Below, piece by piece: positions 22,716 through 24,000 of a stretch of DNA of 24,000 nucleotides. Within the stretch, counting starts at the first letter, position 1. Each line of letters starts with the position of its first letter. Location of the stretch: the NCBI RefSeq assembly GCF_900115675.1, contig NZ_FOXI01000003.1:234767-258766 (forward strand), in the 5' to 3' direction. The translations under genes were made by a program, and so were the position numbers. The stretch is from Halolamina pelagica (GTDB lineage: Archaea; Halobacteriota; Halobacteria; Halobacteriales; Haloferacaceae). The notes beneath the pieces are model-generated. The model did not search any database and had not been told where the DNA came from. It was given only the letters and a program-made list of their open reading frames with translations.

Positions 22716-23438
22716 ATGGTCGAGTGTGAGTACTGTGGGGCGGCCTTCGACGACGAGGAGGCCTACCTCGAACATCTCGGCGACGAGCACGCCGGGGAAC
22801 TCGGGCCGATAGACCAGCGCCGGGTCGAGTCAGCGCAGGACGACGAGGAGAGCGTCCCGATCGCGGGGCTGCTCTCCGGCGTCGCGGTGCTGTTCGTGCT
22901 CGTCGTCGCCATCTGGTTTTTCTTCCTGAGCGGCGGGAGCGGCGTCGAGGGCGTCGACGCGGAGCCGACGGGCATGGAGGACGACCCGCTCGACGAGCGC
23001 GGCGACGACGAGTGGATCTCGCAGGTCGAGACGTTCGAGAGCAACGGCGCCGAGCACCAGTCGGGGGCGGTCGACTACGAACGCGTGCCGCCGCTCTCGG
23101 GGACCCACTGGGCCGGGACGGTCGCGGCCGGCTTCTACACCGAGACGCCGCAGCTGGAGGAGCTCGTCCACACGCTGGAACACGGCGCGGTCGTGATCTA
23201 CTACGACCCGGCGAACCTGACCGACGAGGAGGAGGCCAGCTTGCGAGCGTGGGGCTCGAACTACCAGGGAACCTGGCAGAGCGTCGTCGTCGCCCCGAAC
23301 CCCAACGACGATCCCCGCGGCGACTACGTGGTGACGGCGTGGACCCACCGACTCGTCCTGGAGGACTACGACGCCGAGGCCGTCCACGCGTTCGCCTCGG
23401 AGTACCTCGGCCGTGGGCCGGAGAACCCGGTCCGGTAG
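22716..23438 (+). CDS. DUF3105-like membrane-anchored protein with N-terminal C2H2-like zinc-finger motif
   Basis: The N-terminal motif is CEYCGAAFDDEEAYLEHLGDEH. There is one TM helix (IAGLLSGVAVLFVLVVAIWFFFL). The block PPLSGTHWAGTVAAGFYTE...ELVHTLEHGAVVIYYDP matches the DUF3105 signature (PP.SG.H...G.Y...VH.LEHG.V...Y). Confidence 0.85.
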   Translation: MVECEYCGAAFDDEEAYLEHLGDEHAGELGPIDQRRVESAQDDEESVPIAGLLSGVAVLFVLVVAIWFFFLSGGSGVEGVDAEPTGMEDDPLDERGDDEWISQVETFESNGAEHQSGAVDYERVPPLSGTHWAGTVAAGFYTETPQLEELVHTLEHGAVVIYYDPANLTDEEEASLRAWGSNYQGTWQSVVVAPNPNDDPRGDYVVTAWTHRLVLEDYDAEAVHAFASEYLGRGPENPVR

Positions 23439-23462
23439 CGAAACCGGGCCGCGGTCACTGGT

Positions 23463-24000
23463 TCACTCGCTGAGCGAGAGCCCCGGCGACGGCGGCATCG
23501 TGCGCTTGTGCGCGCTTCCGTCGACCAGTTCGACCACGCGATCGACGTGGTCCTCGCTGACGCCGTCGACGTAGCGGACCGTCGCGGCCTTCGACAGCGG
23601 GCCGTCGACGTGCAGCGCCAGCACGGCGTCGAGGTGGTCGTAGTTCAGCCCCATCTCCTCCTCGTCGGTCTGGCCCGCCCACATCTCGGCGGTCGGGGTC
23701 TGCATCACCAGCTCGTGGGGCACGCCGACGTGAGCCGCGAGTTGGCGGACCTGCTGTTTGTAGAGGTCGCCGATGGGGTTGCAGTCGACGGCCTGGTCGC
23801 CGTACTTCGTAAAGTAGCCGGTCATCGCCTCGCTGCGGTTGCCGGTCCCCAGCACGATCCGGTTCTCGACGTTGGCGACGTAGTAGTTCATCACCGCCCG
23901 GGTGCGGACGCGGACGTTACCCGCCGCGGTCCGGTCGTCGACGCCCTCCGGGAACGCCTTGTCGAACTGCTCGGCGATGGGCTCGATCTCGATCACGTCG
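23463..24000 (-). CDS. nadE: NH3-dependent NAD+ synthetase, C-terminal part (N-terminus beyond window end)
   Basis: VLGTGNRSEAMTGYFTKYGDQAVDCNPIGDLYKQQVRQLAAHVGVP...TPTAEMWAGQTDEEEMGLNYDHLDAVL is the conserved NadE core. The frame stays open to position 24000, and the ORF-track M at 23996 is a GTG inside the gene. Confidence 0.9.
   Translation of the reverse strand, partial: DVIEIEPIAEQFDKAFPEGVDDRTAAGNVRVRTRAVMNYYVANVENRIVLGTGNRSEAMTGYFTKYGDQAVDCNPIGDLYKQQVRQLAAHVGVPHELVMQTPTAEMWAGQTDEEEMGLNYDHLDAVLALHVDGPLSKAATVRYVDGVSEDHVDRVVELVDGSAHKRTMPPSPGLSLSE

Noticed and set aside
21748-23473. Long ORFs antisense to or overlapping the core genes: 21748-22323 minus, 22045-22368 plus, 22334-22729 plus, 22830-23387 minus, 23012-23473 plus, 23455-23682 minus.
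   Set aside because: Their translations are Arg/Pro/Gly/Ser-rich and basic, the typical shadow frames of ~70% GC DNA. The alternative frames give acidic proteins with recognisable motifs (DUF3105-like, NadE).
1-24000. CRISPR arrays, rRNA genes, IS elements with terminal inverted repeats, and a second att repeat.
   Set aside because: No regularly spaced direct repeats, no rRNA-like conserved stretches and no transposase-like ORFs were seen. No second copy of the tRNA 3' half was found by eye within the window.

Overview
Haloarchaeal-type DNA, judged from very acidic predicted proteins and TATA boxes about 27 nt upstream of ATGs, which suggests leaderless transcripts. Positions 1 to about 21776 are a lower-GC, compositionally mosaic integrated island (hand-counted 60-nt samples range 32-63% GC). 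Its right end abuts the 3' end of a tRNA-Thr(GGU) gene (21777-21848, minus), with a tyrosine integrase (20423-21673) next to it. The left end lies outside the window. From 21777 onward the sequence is about 70% GC core chromosome: a hypothetical protein, a DUF3105-like membrane protein and a nadE fragment. The island is almost entirely minus-strand and is packed with nucleic-acid-targeting genes. (i) A translationally coupled pair: a ~1375-aa gamma-class N6-adenine DNA methyltransferase (Eco57I/PglX-like) and a ~1123-aa PLD-nuclease::SNF2-helicase fusion. It is followed by an NA37/NdpA-like gene and a partial ORF missing from the ORF track. This is my top candidate for a non-canonical, DISARM-like or split Type ISP-like defence system. 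(ii) A divergent TBP paralog and an OB-fold::Mre11/SbcD-type phosphoesterase. (iii) A six-gene operon with overlapping start/stop codons: Zn-ribbon, unknown, SWIM, GSGPAQLA-motif protein, unknown, Tat lipoprotein. (iv) An RHH regulator plus a Cys-cluster P-loop helicase/wHTH module beside a 450-bp AT-rich, repeat-containing region. (v) An MgsA-C-like protein, a FokI-type nuclease fusion and a tandem GIY-YIG protein next to the integrase. A conserved motif, GCTGA-N(0-2)-ATGCCATCAAC, sits just after the stop codons of four minus-strand transcription units, with one inverted copy; no annotated feature explains it. All family assignments are by-eye motif recognition. No database search was run.
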